A stretch of DNA of 64,000 nucleotides from Eukaryota sp. TZLM1-RC (GCA_040285825.1 JAUPSS010000006.1:558001-622000), one strand, 5' to 3'; positions 25,160 through 38,330 are shown, counted from the stretch's first letter. Made by a program: numbers and translations. The notes: generated by a model not told the origin, from the sequence alone.

Positions 25160-25988
25160 ATGGATAACGTTCTACAAACTACAACTGTGGGAGCGTCTGT
25201 CAACCAGTTCTTCGACTCAGAGGCACAAGAAGCAATGGAACGCCAGTTTCAAGTTCTTGCTAGTATTGGAGCTCATGCTACTCACCTAGCACGACTCTTT
25301 GTGCTCCAATACCCAGAACTTTCCATGTGGCTTACTCAAAGCCAGTTCTGGAGCCTCTGTTTCGACTTTGTTTGCCAAAGTGAGCCTAAACAAAGGAGGC
25401 CATTTGAGAACCATCCTTTGGTTTACCAAGTGCTGCAAAACCTTGTTCAGCACTTTTGGCCCTGGCGACCGCTGAATGAAACCACCTCAGCCGACGGTGG
25501 TAGATTTTGGTGTCTTTCCACTCTTCTTGGCAGTCGAGCCATCCAACTGCGAGAAGCCTTTTGTCAGTTGCTTGCTGACGGTCCTGTTGTCTGGAAACGC
25601 AATTTTTTCAAGAGCTGTGCTCAGTTTCTAAATTGCCCCTGGCCCAAGAAGTACGCCGACTGTGTACTTCAAGGGATTCAGCCAGATGAGTCAATGGTAT
25701 CAAGAAATACACCAGCATATCTTGGTCCATTGGCTCAATATGACAGCCAACGCCTATATTGGTGGTGGTGAAAATTTGTTCGAAAATTCAATAAGAAACG
25801 AACGATTTCCCATCAATATGGAGTCTGCGGCAACAATCGTTCAATCTAGTTTGAACATTTTATCTTTTTTAGAAGACAACTGCCTTGATGTGATGAAAAG
25901 GCACTCTCTCTCCACTGCCCAGTTGGTCTCCATGCTTCTACCCATGCGGGCTACTGGGACACGCGGTGAGACCTTTGAATATCAATAA
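25160..25988 (+). mobile_element. Fanzor1 (eukaryotic TnpB-like) N-terminal/REC half, frameshifted near 25765 and truncated before RuvC
   Basis: TTVGASVNQFF..QEAMERQFQVLASIGAHATHLARLFVL..LTQSQFWSLCFDFV..LSTLLGSRAIQLREAF..MLLPMR follows the Fanzor1 N-terminal pattern as I recall it. A second copy is at 39930-40075. Confidence 0.5.
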
Positions 25989-26262
25989 TAGTTTCGGAAT
26001 GCCATATTCAGCTATTGCATCCCTTAAAATTTGGTCAAATATTGATGATCCACCGGGTGGTGCACTGGGTTGACCCCATTCTAGTCCTCCATTCTAGTCA
26101 CCAGGGGGCACATCATTTCGATTTTGCATAACATTAGCCAGAAAAATAAATTTCACTATTGCAAAAATTTCTTTTGAAATTTGGACCAAATAAATCACGC
26201 GGAGTCGGTACATCTCTACGATCCCAGGAAAGATTCGCACAAGCCCATAGGGAAACATAATT

Positions 26263-28165
26263 TTATTGGTTTATATACATACCATAATAATTCTGTACAT
26301 CATTGAGGTATACATAAGGGCTGTCTATGGGAGATGGCTTATGGCGAACATCTTGTGGGATTGTATACTCTAATCGACGAGGATCAAGAATTTGCTGCAC
26401 AAGATTGACGAAATTAGTTTTATTATTGACTTGATATTCGCACCATGAAACTGATAGAAATTCCTTCAAGTGCTCTTCGTCACTAAAGGAAAAATCAGAT
26501 AATATAACAATTATTTTATGGCCAAGGGGAATTGGTATTGTGACCTGAGAGGCACTGTTCCTTTCCAGGTCTTTTTGGGAAGGGTTAAACATTTGCTGAA
26601 AAGAACTTCCCAACAAATTTAAGCGGTAAGCAGAATGAGAATGATAATGAGGAAACTTATCCCATCTAGACTTTATCATTGTATCAATCATAATTTCTTG
26701 ACCAAAGTACTCTTGTGGAAAAAACCCTTTGGATAATTGATAAAATTGACTAGGGCGGAGTTTACGATCAACTGACAGATTGGTACATAATCTGACCAGT
26801 TCTGATAATCAGCAAAGTCAAGCAATAGTTTTCTCAAAGCTTGTAAGATAGTTCGATCCTGTCTTTCGACAAGTCTATTTGATTGATGGAAATTTGGTAT
26901 AGACAAAGTGTGCTCAATGTTAAGAAATTGGCATAAGAGAGAAAAGATTTTATTTTAAAATTCGGGTCCGTTATCAGAATGGATCGAGCGAGGAGCTCCA
27001 AAGACGGAGTAGACGTGAGTAAGAATGGAATTAACCACAGTAAGGGCGGTCATATCGGCAACAGGGACGAGGATTGAGAATTTCGAAAACGCGTCTACAA
27101 AGTGAATGGCATACTTGTTACCGTAAGAGTCGACAGACAGCGGACCGATAGTATCGCAATGATGATACTCAAAGGGGCGTTTCACAGAGTTGAGAGATCC
27201 AGTAGAAGAAATATTATTTTTAGGGATTGGAGCAGTTTTCTGGGAAGGGATACATTCAGCAATATGGTAGATCAGGTCAGCCTTCATATCAGGCCAATAA
27301 AACCCGGAGGCTTTCAAATTCTTCCAGGCGATGTCTATAGGAGGATGTCCTGCTTCTACAGAACCATGAGTGAGAAGCAGAATTTCAGGACGGAGAGACG
27401 GAGGAATTAAGATCTTTGGCTGGAAGGAATTTAACATTTTTAAGCCTGTACTTCGGTGAATATAGCAGTCAGCAAATAAAGAGTCGGAGTCAGACAGCTT
27501 CTGTTGGTCCTTAAAGATTTTGCTTAGGAACTTAGAACAGGGAGACGGATTTTGGTTGGATAGAAGGGACTCAGAGGATTCGGACAGTTGGGATTCAGAA
27601 GTGGCAGCAAAAAACACAAAAGGCAGTTTTTATATCGACATCAGCAGAACTGGATACTTCGATGACTTCTTCAGTGGTTCTAGGATCACGAGGGGGAGGC
27701 GAAGAATCCGATTGGCCAGATTGACTTCGTAGAAATTGTCGATGGTTGACGAGTTCAGGGAACCATCGTTTGAGCATTTCAAAGCGAGAGAGAGAGCAGG
27801 CTCAATAACGAAGGAGCGATGAAGAAATTTCCTTCGCTGTCGTGGTAAACAAAGCCACTATAGCTTCCGGTTCTAGTGACAGATAGAATTCTTTCATAGA
27901 TAAGGAATTCTTGACGAGACGGACGAGGGCGAGGAGTACCTATAATGAGAGGTTCTATGTCATCAATATGACAGCAGTACTGAGTAGGGTGGAATGATTC
28001 AGCTAGTAAGGGTTCGGAAATTGACCTGGGGTTACACAAGACGGGAAACAGTTCAGTTTAACAAAGAAAGAGTTAGGGGGAATTACTTCCAAAAGGTAGG
28101 AACGAGAAGGAACAGTTGGGACGTAAAAGTAAAGACGGTTATTCCAGTTACCATGCTGGATAATG
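26263..28165 (-). mobile_element. Ty3/gypsy integrase region, degenerate
   Basis: Zinc-binding H..GH..FYWPDM..C..Q; rve core CDTIGPL..FVDAFSKF..FGAPRSIHSDNGPEF..HQSNRLVER. Confidence 0.92.
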
Positions 28166-28720
28166 TCAGCAATAGGGATAGATCAGTTGTGCATTTTGGG
28201 ATGGATAGAATTTCTGGGGTGCATTTGGGACATGGGAGCGTTGGAAATCAGCATCAACTGGAATGGAACATTGGAGAATTTGTTGAGCAGATTTTAATTC
28301 AATTTCTCGTTTTTGTTTTTCAGGGTATGTTCTCAAATTATGACCACTGATACCACAAATCAAACATTTTTTAGAACCTTTCAAACATTTTGATTGTGAT
28401 CCATTATTTAAAGGAACCATTTTTTTTTCTTGCGAAGTTTCCGCAACTGACTTTTTTTTCTGAATAGATGAACGAAAAACAACATGCGAGCCATGATGAA
28501 TTCTGTTATTTGAGCCATAATTGTTGTCGGTGGTAGATTTTTGACTCTTTCCAATTTTAGCAGGTGAAAACAAATTTCGAGAAACGGAGTTGTTGATAGA
28601 GCGCGCAACAGAACGTAAGGAACGAAATTGTGGCTTTTGTGTGTTTTTTCCGGCACAGTGATCAATTTTTGATTTCAAATTTTTGTGGGATAAATATCGA
28701 GCATAGCTTGGAGGGTGGGG
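28166..28720 (-). pseudogene. Zinc-knuckle retroelement ORF fragment homologous to the one in the tandem unit
   Basis: FRSLRSVAR, KKCLICGISGHNLRTYPEKQKREIELKSAQQILQCSIPVD. Confidence 0.6.
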
Positions 28721-29284
28721 AGTGAAAGGGACGAGCTTGATCTGACGGGTGAAATTTACTTGGGCGTTCCAATCAGTATCAGAGTCACTATCAATTAATC
28801 ACCTACCGTTCAATCATGATGATGAATAGTTCTTGTTGTTGTTGCATTCTAATAAACATTTTTATCAATGTTTTCTTTATTTTGAACAAACATACTGGTC
28901 ACCTCAACAATTATTGTAGTAAAATTAGAATGAAAATTAAAACATACTGAAATTAATCCGATAAACGAGAGTTTTAATGAAAATTCATCATTTTCAACAG
29001 TTTTTAAGTAAAAGGATTTTCACTGAAATTAATATTATATTCTTGATTCATTTTTCATATTTTAGTTTAATTCAAAATGAATAATTTTATTGATGTGATA
29101 ATAAAAACAAAATTGATACATACTAAAAATTAACCAAGAATAGCAATTCTCAACAGTTTTTGATATATCACCTTGCACAAAAATTTCTGAAATACACAAG
29201 TTTTATTCAACCATATTTGAATTTCGCATAACAATTTTTGGTTTTTTGAATATTGAATCTCCCTAATAATATAATGAATGTTGA

Positions 29285-29593
29285 TTAATATTGCTGCCAA
29301 AAGACGAAATTGTTCAACTGCATCCAATTGCTGTTGGAATAGGTAAATTCAATCCCATATCTAAGAGCCCACCATGGAAAGCAATTAAACTCAACTAAAA
29401 AATGATTACAATGGATGAATGACACATCAACCATGTTTGATATAAAATTTGCCGTCAAAAGCATTAATCGCTTTGACTGATTTGCAAACTTAGACAACCA
29501 ATGATATGGTCTTCTATCAACTGTTTTTGTAATTGAGTCTCTGTGAAACCAATACTGGTTATGATGTGTTTCATAACCATTACCTACCTTCAA
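29285..29593 (-). pseudogene. C-terminal fragment of the lineage-specific FPWW family
   Basis: NHFLVEFNCFPWW versus NEYLVEFSYFPWW at 42437-42799. Confidence 0.4.
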
Positions 29594-30149
29594 CCATACA
29601 CTGGGTTTAAAGTTTCTGACGATACCGCAATCCTCTTCTTGTTAACGAAAAATATAAAATTACGAAATATGCGAAACCCATTTCCTCAGTTAATGAAAAT
29701 TTTCATGCACAATATAATTTATGTCCCTTTGTTTTTTTTGCTTGTGTTTCTATTGAACCTTGATAAAAGCTCTTTCATAAAGAGAATTAATCTCAATATT
29801 GTTTGTAACCTTTTAATTGCAATTGATTAATGGAATAAAAATCTTTTTAATTGAATACAAATCTTTTTAATTAAAAAACCTTCTGATAAATAAATCTTCA
29901 AGAATCACATTGGAGGGAGAAGGAGCATCAGATCGGAGAGACGACCTTTGGTTAGTTTCTGACAGACACTTGAATTTATTTTATTTTGTTGCGAAGCTCA
30001 ATTTCAAGAACATAAATTATCGTTGTTGCAGATTATTTTATCCCACAGAGTTGCCAAAATTCACAAAAAAAGTTATTGCATCAAATCTTTGAGAATCAGG
30101 TTATTAACAACACCATTATAAACGTTAAAATAAATCTTCATTTTCATTA

Positions 30150-32062
30150 GCAATAATCTCGTGCTTCCATTTTGCCTTTGCTGCCAAAGCATTTTCCTGA
30201 AGTTGAGCCTTTTTTCTATTAATTTTATGGAAAATCATCAACATTGGTCTATGAAAACTTTGACCTGCTTTCTTCTTCAGGTTTTAAACAAGGTGATCAA
30301 CTTGGTCCTTTTTTCTTTTGTCTGGCAATTCATCCATTAATGTGCGAATTGAAAGAAAAATTCCCAGAAATAGATATTGTAGCATATTTGGATGACATTT
30401 CTGTAATTGCTCCTATTACAATTCTGAAACAAATAGCAACTTTTATTCAACAGCGTTATGAAGTTATTGGTCTCTCATTGAATATCTCCAAATGTTTGAT
30501 TATTGGCCATGAACCAATTGATTTTTTCATTAATGATGTCAATGTCCCCTTTATCAAATATGATCAGTCTGGTTTTTGTTTTTTGGGTTGTTATCTCGGA
30601 AATATTGATGAAGTCAAAGGCCAACTTTCGACTCTGATGACTCAATTTGGAAATGAATTAGAATCAATAGAAAATTTAAATATTGAGAAACATTTGAAAT
30701 TCTCTTTCCTAAAAATTTGTTATTCTGGAAAATTTCCTCATATTTTGAGATCAACATCACCATCAATTTTTTTAGAGTTTTGTCGAATTTTTAATGAACA
30801 AAGAACCAATTTTTTAGCAAAATTATTGGAAATTGATGCATCTCATTGACATAGTCACATCTTTTGTGGTACAAATTTTGGAGGTCTTGATTTTCATAAA
30901 TCAAGCTACCTTTGTAAAGCTGCCTTTATTGGAGGTGGTAAAAATCTAATTTATGAATTTGTGAATCGTTTTCCTGAAAAAAATCATCTCATTGAATATT
31001 GTGGGCTCTTATCCTATTTCTTTGCAACAGGAAAATTGAAACTCTTTCACTCACTATTTGGTCTAAATGTTTCCCCTCTGATATTGTGGAACTTCCTCCC
31101 AGAAGCTTGCTCTTCTTACCACTGACTTTTGCAAAATTGCAGAAAAAAATCTTGAAAGTTTAGAAAACTTGGATTATATTGTACGTCTTAGCTTGGTTAA
31201 AGAAAAATCCCGTTTTTGCAAACTTTTTGATTGATGTTGAAGACAGTTGCTCAAGTTGCCTAATCTCCCAAATTCCCAACATTTATGGCCTTCTACTTAA
31301 TGATCACCAATGTACCACTGGAATGAAAATGAGATGTTTTCTATGGCCTTGTTCTTTACCAAATGATTAAATTTGTCGCTGCAAGAGTGTTGTTACGCTT
31401 TCCCATATTTTAAACTGTAAGTATTTTATAACTTATCGCTCAAGTGTTCATGACTCAGTTCGTGATCAATTATATGACATGTGCAAAAGTTTCAATATAG
31501 ATGCATTTATTGAGCCATTAGTACGTAAGCTGTCTTCAGATCAAACTAATGATTCCTTTGGTTAGGGTTAGAGTAGCTCCAGGGATCGATGGTGTTCTCA
31601 ATGTTCTGGATGTTGTCTCGGTTGATGTTCGCAAAAATTCTGCTGCTCGATTAGTATATTCCGCTGATTCGCCGTTATCTAACGCCGATCAAAAGAAGAT
31701 AAAAAAATATGAAGAACGTTTGGCTCAGTTAGGTAGAGTGGAACATGTGAAATATCAGTTTGTGCCGTTTGCAATTTCTCTTTTTGGCAATATTGGACCT
31801 TCAGGGTTGCACTTTTTTTGAAAATTTCCAAAAAGTGTTACTAAATAGGTCTAGTAAAACAATGAATTCCACTTGCTGGTTAAATAGAATTGTGTTTTGC
31901 ATTTTCAAGTCTATTCCAACAATGATTTCCACGGCGCTTTTAGCTATTGGTATAGAATATGAACGTAATGCTGTGAGTAGGTTTAGTAATAGTGATGCTT
32001 GTTTGGAGGATATTGAATTCTTGATGGGTTTTTTATCTCAATAAATATTTCAGTTAAAAAAA
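30150..32062 (+). mobile_element. 5'-truncated non-LTR retrotransposon, RLE type (CRE/R2/R4-like architecture)
   Basis: RT motifs SGFKQGDQLGP, AYLDD, GLSLNISKC; C-terminal C.C..H..C..HD.VRD; endonuclease LDV..D..K.KKY..FVPFAISLFG; WLNRIVF; A-rich 3' end. Confidence 0.9.
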
Positions 32063-33494
32063 TTAGCAATTTATTGCTCAGAATTTTTGAAATTGCTATA
32101 ATTATATGAATTTATTTTGTTAACTTTGTAGTACATTTATATATATTTATTCTTTATATCTCATCACTATACTTAAACAATTTTAATATTTTTTATTCTA
32201 TTTATCAAATATCTATTCATTCTTAATCTATTTGTTAATTTTGTTTTGAAATCTTGGATAATTAGTAGGGTAATAACAAACTAAATGATGAATTTTCTAT
32301 TGGAGTTAAACGTGCCTTCAGAGAGAAACATCTATATATCACCATTGTTGTTTTCAAGCTTTTTTGGTTATACAAGTTGAAAACCGCAGTCTTAATCAAA
32401 CTAAATAAACTTAATCAAACAATTAACCAAAGTTTCAAACTAATAACAAATCAATCAATCATCTCAACAATCAATCCTATAGTTAATCATGTGTATATAA
32501 ACATGTATAAACGTATATCACTACAGTTGTACAGGTATATTAAATATATGTATCCAATTGTCTTAGAAATCTGGTTAATAGGTTCTCAAAATGTAGAAAG
32601 TCTTCCTCACTGGTAAGTATACCCTTCAAGAGCTACTTGATTGTGTTACTTCTGCTGTTGCTGTGCCTGGTGTCGTTGCGGTTCTAGATACCAACGATGA
32701 GCCCATGGCTGCTGAGTGGACATCCACTCAAGACCAGCATGCACAAGGTGCCGCTAATATGCTAACCGTGTGTTCTAATGGCTTTTCTCACATCAGCAGC
32801 CCATTTGCCCTCCCTCGCCTCCTTGACCAGGACTCTCCCCTGTAGCGGATTGGTCTGACGCTGAAGTCAATTTATTTGAATTTTCATCTTCTCAATCTTT
32901 GGGAGAGCAAACTGGAGGTGTTTCTCCTTGTTCACAACATAATCAACATAGATGTAAGATATGCAGATCCAACCAACAATGTCTCAACCATCTTCTTAAT
33001 CATAAGGAAGATGAGTATTTGTATCTCAATGATCCTAATCCTCCCACTAAGTCTGATATAGATTGCATTTGGTGTCAATACAATTCTGACAAATCTCTTT
33101 TTGATCAATAAATCAACTTTTTAAAGCTAGAAAAATTAGAAAATTAGAAACTAATTTTTTATTTCAAAAGTAAAACAACTACTGTAAAAATAAACTATTT
33201 AAACGTCGTCTTGGAGACTTGATTCCCCCGATCAATATTGAATATATAAATATTGAATATATCAATTTGGAATATATAAATATGGAATATTTGGGAAAAT
33301 ACATAACAGAAACAGAGGTCAAGAGGAGAGACAAACAATGACTTCAAGCTCATACCCAAGGCATTAGCTATATTTTTGAGTTTGTTAAAAACCAATCCAA
33401 TAAAGAAGCAGTCTATGAACCTGCATCTGAACCTGTGGCTGAACCCAACTTCTGCGACTTGCAAAAAAATAAGTTGTTAGTGAGTGATAAACAA

Positions 33495-33800
33495 CTTGAT
33501 TTTTCAACCTGTGGAGAGTCCTTGGCTGGCTGGTAAGAGATCCAAAGGGGAACTTGATTACCACGAAACCACTCGAAATAGAAAACATACATTGCAAGCC
33601 AAGGTTGAACGGCCACGACCTCGTTAGAACCCAAAAGCTATTGAGTGGCAGGCACCTGATGACCAAACGGAAATGGTGTTCTGGGCCATCGACCTCAACC
33701 ACTCAAATCTATGTGATTCCAGTATTGGAACACGTTCAGGCCCGGCCGAATCCCGACAGAAGTCCCCTTCTCTCTTATGTGGATTGACCATCCAAAACCA
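33495..33800 (+). pseudogene. Possible Fanzor/TnpB WED to RuvC-I fragment
   Basis: FSTCGESL (cf. F.TDG.S), a basic linker, then VFWAIDLNHSNL (cf. RuvC-I hhGID(P/L)(G/N)..L). Contains stops and a frameshift. Confidence 0.3.
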
Positions 33801-34232
33801 ACTGGAGCTAGCCTTTCCTCCAATCTTTAGGAAATACGAACAAACATATCTTGCTAGTTTGAAGCCTATTTTTTCCTTTTCTGAAAATTTTGAACTTTTT
33901 TTACAACAAAAAACACATCAAAAACACTATGAAAGAACCCTAACTTATTTTTCACTGTGCCGAATTTTGCTATTAAACAGACTAAAAATTCATCGACTCA
34001 TGGCAGAACAAATAGCAAGATGCTAGTTTTAAAATAAATATGAAGCTTTTTTTGGAAAATAGTAGCTCTGCCGCATTTAAGCCTTTCTTCTACCCCACAA
34101 CATTAAGAAACAAATAAAAACATTAAACATAAATAAAAATGAATTAATTCTTTGAGGAACAAAAGGAACCCACCAATTAATTCAAAGATTTAATTTAGCC
34201 AATCGCATCAGCCCTAATATTTTTTAGGGGAA

Positions 34233-34600
34233 TTGTTTACGCAGAATTTTTGCTCGCAATTGATCAATTCTGGCTACAATGAAAACACTTTGATTCTTCT
34301 ACCCTACAATGATGCATTTCATCTATCAAATTTGATTGTATCTGTTGACAAACAATTTACTACTGGTCAAAATTGGGTACTTGTTACACTTTGGATCAAA
34401 TCCAGAACAGTAAATGTTGTTCTTTTTGATAGTCTCCGTCATAATGAAGAACAACATCAAAAGATTAATTCAATAGTTTTGAAAAAACTTAAAATCAATA
34501 TCAGTCAGAATTTGTCTGAATTCTTTAATCTAATTTGTACCATTGTGGAATATTCACCATACTGTTTGCAAATAGAATGAACAGTTTGTTTTTATCAAAT
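34233..34600 (+). pseudogene. Ulp1/SENP-like (C48) cysteine protease fragment
   Basis: LILLPYN...GQNWVLV (HW position)..VVLFDSL...CLQ, in the C48 motif order; the catalytic His is replaced. Confidence 0.45.
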
Positions 34601-36179
34601 CAGCTCAATTCAATTGATTGAGCTCAGAATTAAACGTTTTGCCAATCAAGACAAAAGATGGGTTTTTAACTGTGTTGACAATGAACAAAAATCATTTGAG
34701 ACATATAAATGCTCTTCTTTACAAAAAACATCAGAAAAAGGAAAGCTGAGCTGATGTATTAAGCACACCTCTGAAACATTTAAAAACACTTTTTAATGAG
34801 AATCCGCTGACTTCATATAAATACCCTTCAATGACACCATCAAATGTCAAAACACAATTTACTCTCAGAATTTTACATTTTGATATTGAAGCTTTGGTGT
34901 TGGGTAAAAAGCTCAGCCTCTGCGGCCGCTGATTCATCTGAAACCCCAAGGTACAAGAAGCTGTTTCAAATGAATACGAACAGATTGACTAAATCAGACC
35001 AGTTGAATGATGTTCTTTTTATATAATCACAGATCAGAATCCGCAATTTCAGATGCCGCCGTGGGAAACGCCCCGGTGACACTGAGTGGCAGATCAGCAT
35101 TTCAGGATTATCACAGTGGTGTGTAATCTCCCGGGATGAAGAAACTGCCAGTGATACATATTCAGTTGGACTGTCCTTGGAGGATTGGACACCTCAGCCT
35201 GAATATAAAAATAACAATAATAGCAAGCTCGATCAACCTTCTGTCACAACTGCCATTGATACCAAACCAATGCCATCTTAGTGTACGTATATCGTTCTCA
35301 TCCCACCAAAAAGCAACACGGGTAAATGTTTGTTTGATAAATAATGGGTATGAAGTGAATCACAATGAAACTGAATTAATTATATTGAGGTAAAAGAATA
35401 AACCCTCAACTTAATTCAGAAATAAAGTTGTTTTAGACTTTGTGTTGGTTTGAGTTGATTAGCACTTTGTCCTAACCTTGTTTGCCTGGCTCATCAATTG
35501 TCATCTAGTGTTCTTTAGTGCCTTATAGAAATTCATTCAATCTTTTTCTCAATGCTTGGCTGCAGTCTCAGAAACGTAATTTTATTAATAGAAAAGGGCT
35601 TTCTCCTTACCTTGCTTGTCGGGCTCGTCAATTAGCGTCTAACGTGGTAAAAAATTTTCAGCTTGCTCTAGCTGAAGAAGAACGAGAACACAAATCGTTC
35701 ACATTTAGTTTCACCAAAGGCAAGATTGAGTGTATATCAAAAGAAGATCCTAAAAAATAATGAAATGGATCAATACTGCCGGTTAGGGTAGAGTTAAAGT
35801 CCATTTCACAAATCGGGAGAAAAATATGAACCGCACAAAAGCGAAGAAACAACTGTGGGATCATAGTCTCAATTGTCCAAGTGATGAAGCTGATAGTGAT
35901 GAAGATAGTTAATACGATAGTATAGTTTAATAATCATGACACATGTTTTTTTGTACTTCAAAAGTCTAAAAAAATGACATAATCATTATTGTACTTTTAG
36001 TAATAATTGTTTACATTGTCGTCAGCAAAGTAATGGAGAACGCGATTCCAATCGAGATTTTTGACGGTATAATACTAATATATATAAATATATATAATAT
36101 TATATAAAAAATAAAAATAAAATAATTTTGTTGAGGTAAAAAAAGAAACCCTTAAATTAATTCATAAATAAAATGGTTG

Positions 36180-37195
36180 CAGATATTAAACCTTCAGAGA
36201 TCCAAAAACATGTAGACTATACAGACACACGTAATCAGATCTTTCTTGACCGTAACCAACCTCAAAAAGTAAAAACTGAATGATTGATGATTACTCAGTC
36301 GTTTATGTATTTATTAATTGAGACTCAAATTAAAGAGAATTACTCTCATTATTTGGTAGAGACTCCAATGAAATAGTAGTAAACAAAGATCAGCGAAAAA
36401 ACACAAAATTAAAAATTAAAAATTCAAATAAACTCACACCATAAAACGCAATATTTAAGCAAATTTACCATATGTCACCATTGAATATAAATCAAAATGT
36501 CACTTCAGAAACATGACAATAATTATAGTCAAATTAATTTTAATTAGTAAAAAATGACCATAAGTAGCAAACACACTCACTAAATCAATAGTTGAATCAG
36601 CAATCTGGCGACAACAATCATTATCAGTAGTGATACATTTTAGCCAAAATTTGGTGTTTTTGACAAGGACTTCACTCCTGAAATCAAAAACTTTGCTTTC
36701 AACATTTTTAAATTCATCATCAGTCGTGCCCAACATTGGCATCAGTGGTAAAAATAGATTGAATTTGCAACCAACAACTACATTACCGAAATCAACATGA
36801 GAATCAGCAAGTGTAAAAATCTCAATAATAGCACATCTACTTACATCATTACCATTAGAATCAACTGAACCAACAGTTTTAACATTGGTGAAAACCAACG
36901 TTGAGTCATGTATATTATTCAATGATTAATATTAGATTCATGGTTGAAATATGGGTTGTTCAATGATTGAATTTACATAATTTCCAAAATAAATTTGAAA
37001 ACGAAAATGGTCCATTATACACAACGAAATTGTCAGTAGAAAATTAAAAACATCAGCAAAAAGTGAAAAGTCAACATGTAAACATACTTAATGACCTATG
37101 CATTGAATTAAACAAATGAAATAATAAAAGAAAACAATAACTTCAAGAATATTCCCCAATTCACCTAAACACCAAGGTTCGGGGTTCGAGTCCGA
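36180..37195 (+). repeat. Dispersed repeat copy B (same head and B-box end as copy A, different interior)
   Basis: CATGTAGACTATACAGACACACGTAATCAGATCTTTCTTGACCGTAA is identical to the reverse complement of copy A. It ends AAACACCAAGGTTCGGGGTTCGAGTCC. Confidence 0.7.
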
Positions 37196-37809
37196 CAAAC
37201 TCCCAAAAATTGATCAATCCAACTTTACATGTATTGACCCCTGGCATGGATGGATAAAGTTTAATGAAGTTACATCCACGGAATGCAAAATAAAAGATCC
37301 CATGTACGACTACTTGACGGATAGTTGAGAATATAGAGACGAAGAGGAGTGATTGTAGTGAAAGTATGAATATTAAAGGAGATCAAAAAGCATGGAAAGA
37401 CTTGAAGTGACGTCAGTATTTCCAAAGAAAAGATATGTCTGAAGTTTTCACAGCATCATTCCCGCAGGAGGATGGTGTAGAACGACAGACACCAATACCA
37501 GAACAAGATGATGTAAGGTGATGTAAGGAAAGTAGATAAAGAACAAGAACTAAACCAAGCATGAAGAGAGTTGGGTTGGCAAGGTTTCAAAGGATATCTT
37601 GACATGATATTTGTAATATTTACAGATATTATGTTTCAAACTACATTTTCCGATCAATCGTATCGGAAAAACGAATTGAATTTCCTCCAATATATCCTAT
37701 AAACCAGCTAACACTATTCAATTGAAAAAACGAACGTAATTTTAAACTATATTTTTTCGCGAAATTGAATTTGTGATACAGTTTAGGCAAATCTTTTGTT
37801 TTTCACTCA

Positions 37810-38330
37810 ATTTTTATTTATTCCAATAAAAAACAAACCATACGACAAGGTCAAAATTCTATATCTTGATAACCCAAATCAACCAATGATTGGAGGTTTT
37901 TCTTTCATAAACGCATCCAAGAGACAACAAAGCTGAACATAATAAGAGAACAACACCTTTGAAAATTGAAAATATAATTCTGTTTTGCCAAGAACTCTTG
38001 TCAAATACTTTTCCAGTACGTTGTTTCATAATTTCAACAAAATCATCCAGAAAAGACAAAGCCAGAAGTCCAAGTTTGCCATGAAGGGAAACTCCAAATG
38101 GAAAGTAGACATAATGTGTATGCGAATTGGCATTCAAGGATAACAATTTTGCTTTGTATTTGTCAATTTTGACTTTTTCGGAAACAGTTAAGGAGTGCCT
38201 ATATTTTGATTGAGCCATTGGAATAAAAGAATCAATACATACATCAGTAGATCTCACATCTGTAATAATGGTAGTGCCTTCAAGACCTCAAACCATTAGA
38301 TCACCTCTATTTCGACCAAACGGCAAAGTA
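37810..38330 (-). mobile_element. 3' fragment of an RLE non-LTR retrotransposon
   Basis: RGDLMV..TDVRSTD..EKVKIDKY..FPFGVSLHG..WQNRIIFSIFKG. Confidence 0.85.

Noticed and set aside
36213-36350. U3 snoRNA-like 5' motifs (AGACTATAC..GATCTTTCT..TGATGA) in the repeat head
   Set aside because: Only short partial matches; spacing and boxes B/C/D are not convincing without a covariance search.
21272-37195. The two inverted repeat copies as TIRs of one 16 kb Polinton-like element
   Set aside because: Their interiors differ, and the enclosed DNA has no pPolB, capsid or ATPase gene, only mixed retroelement debris.
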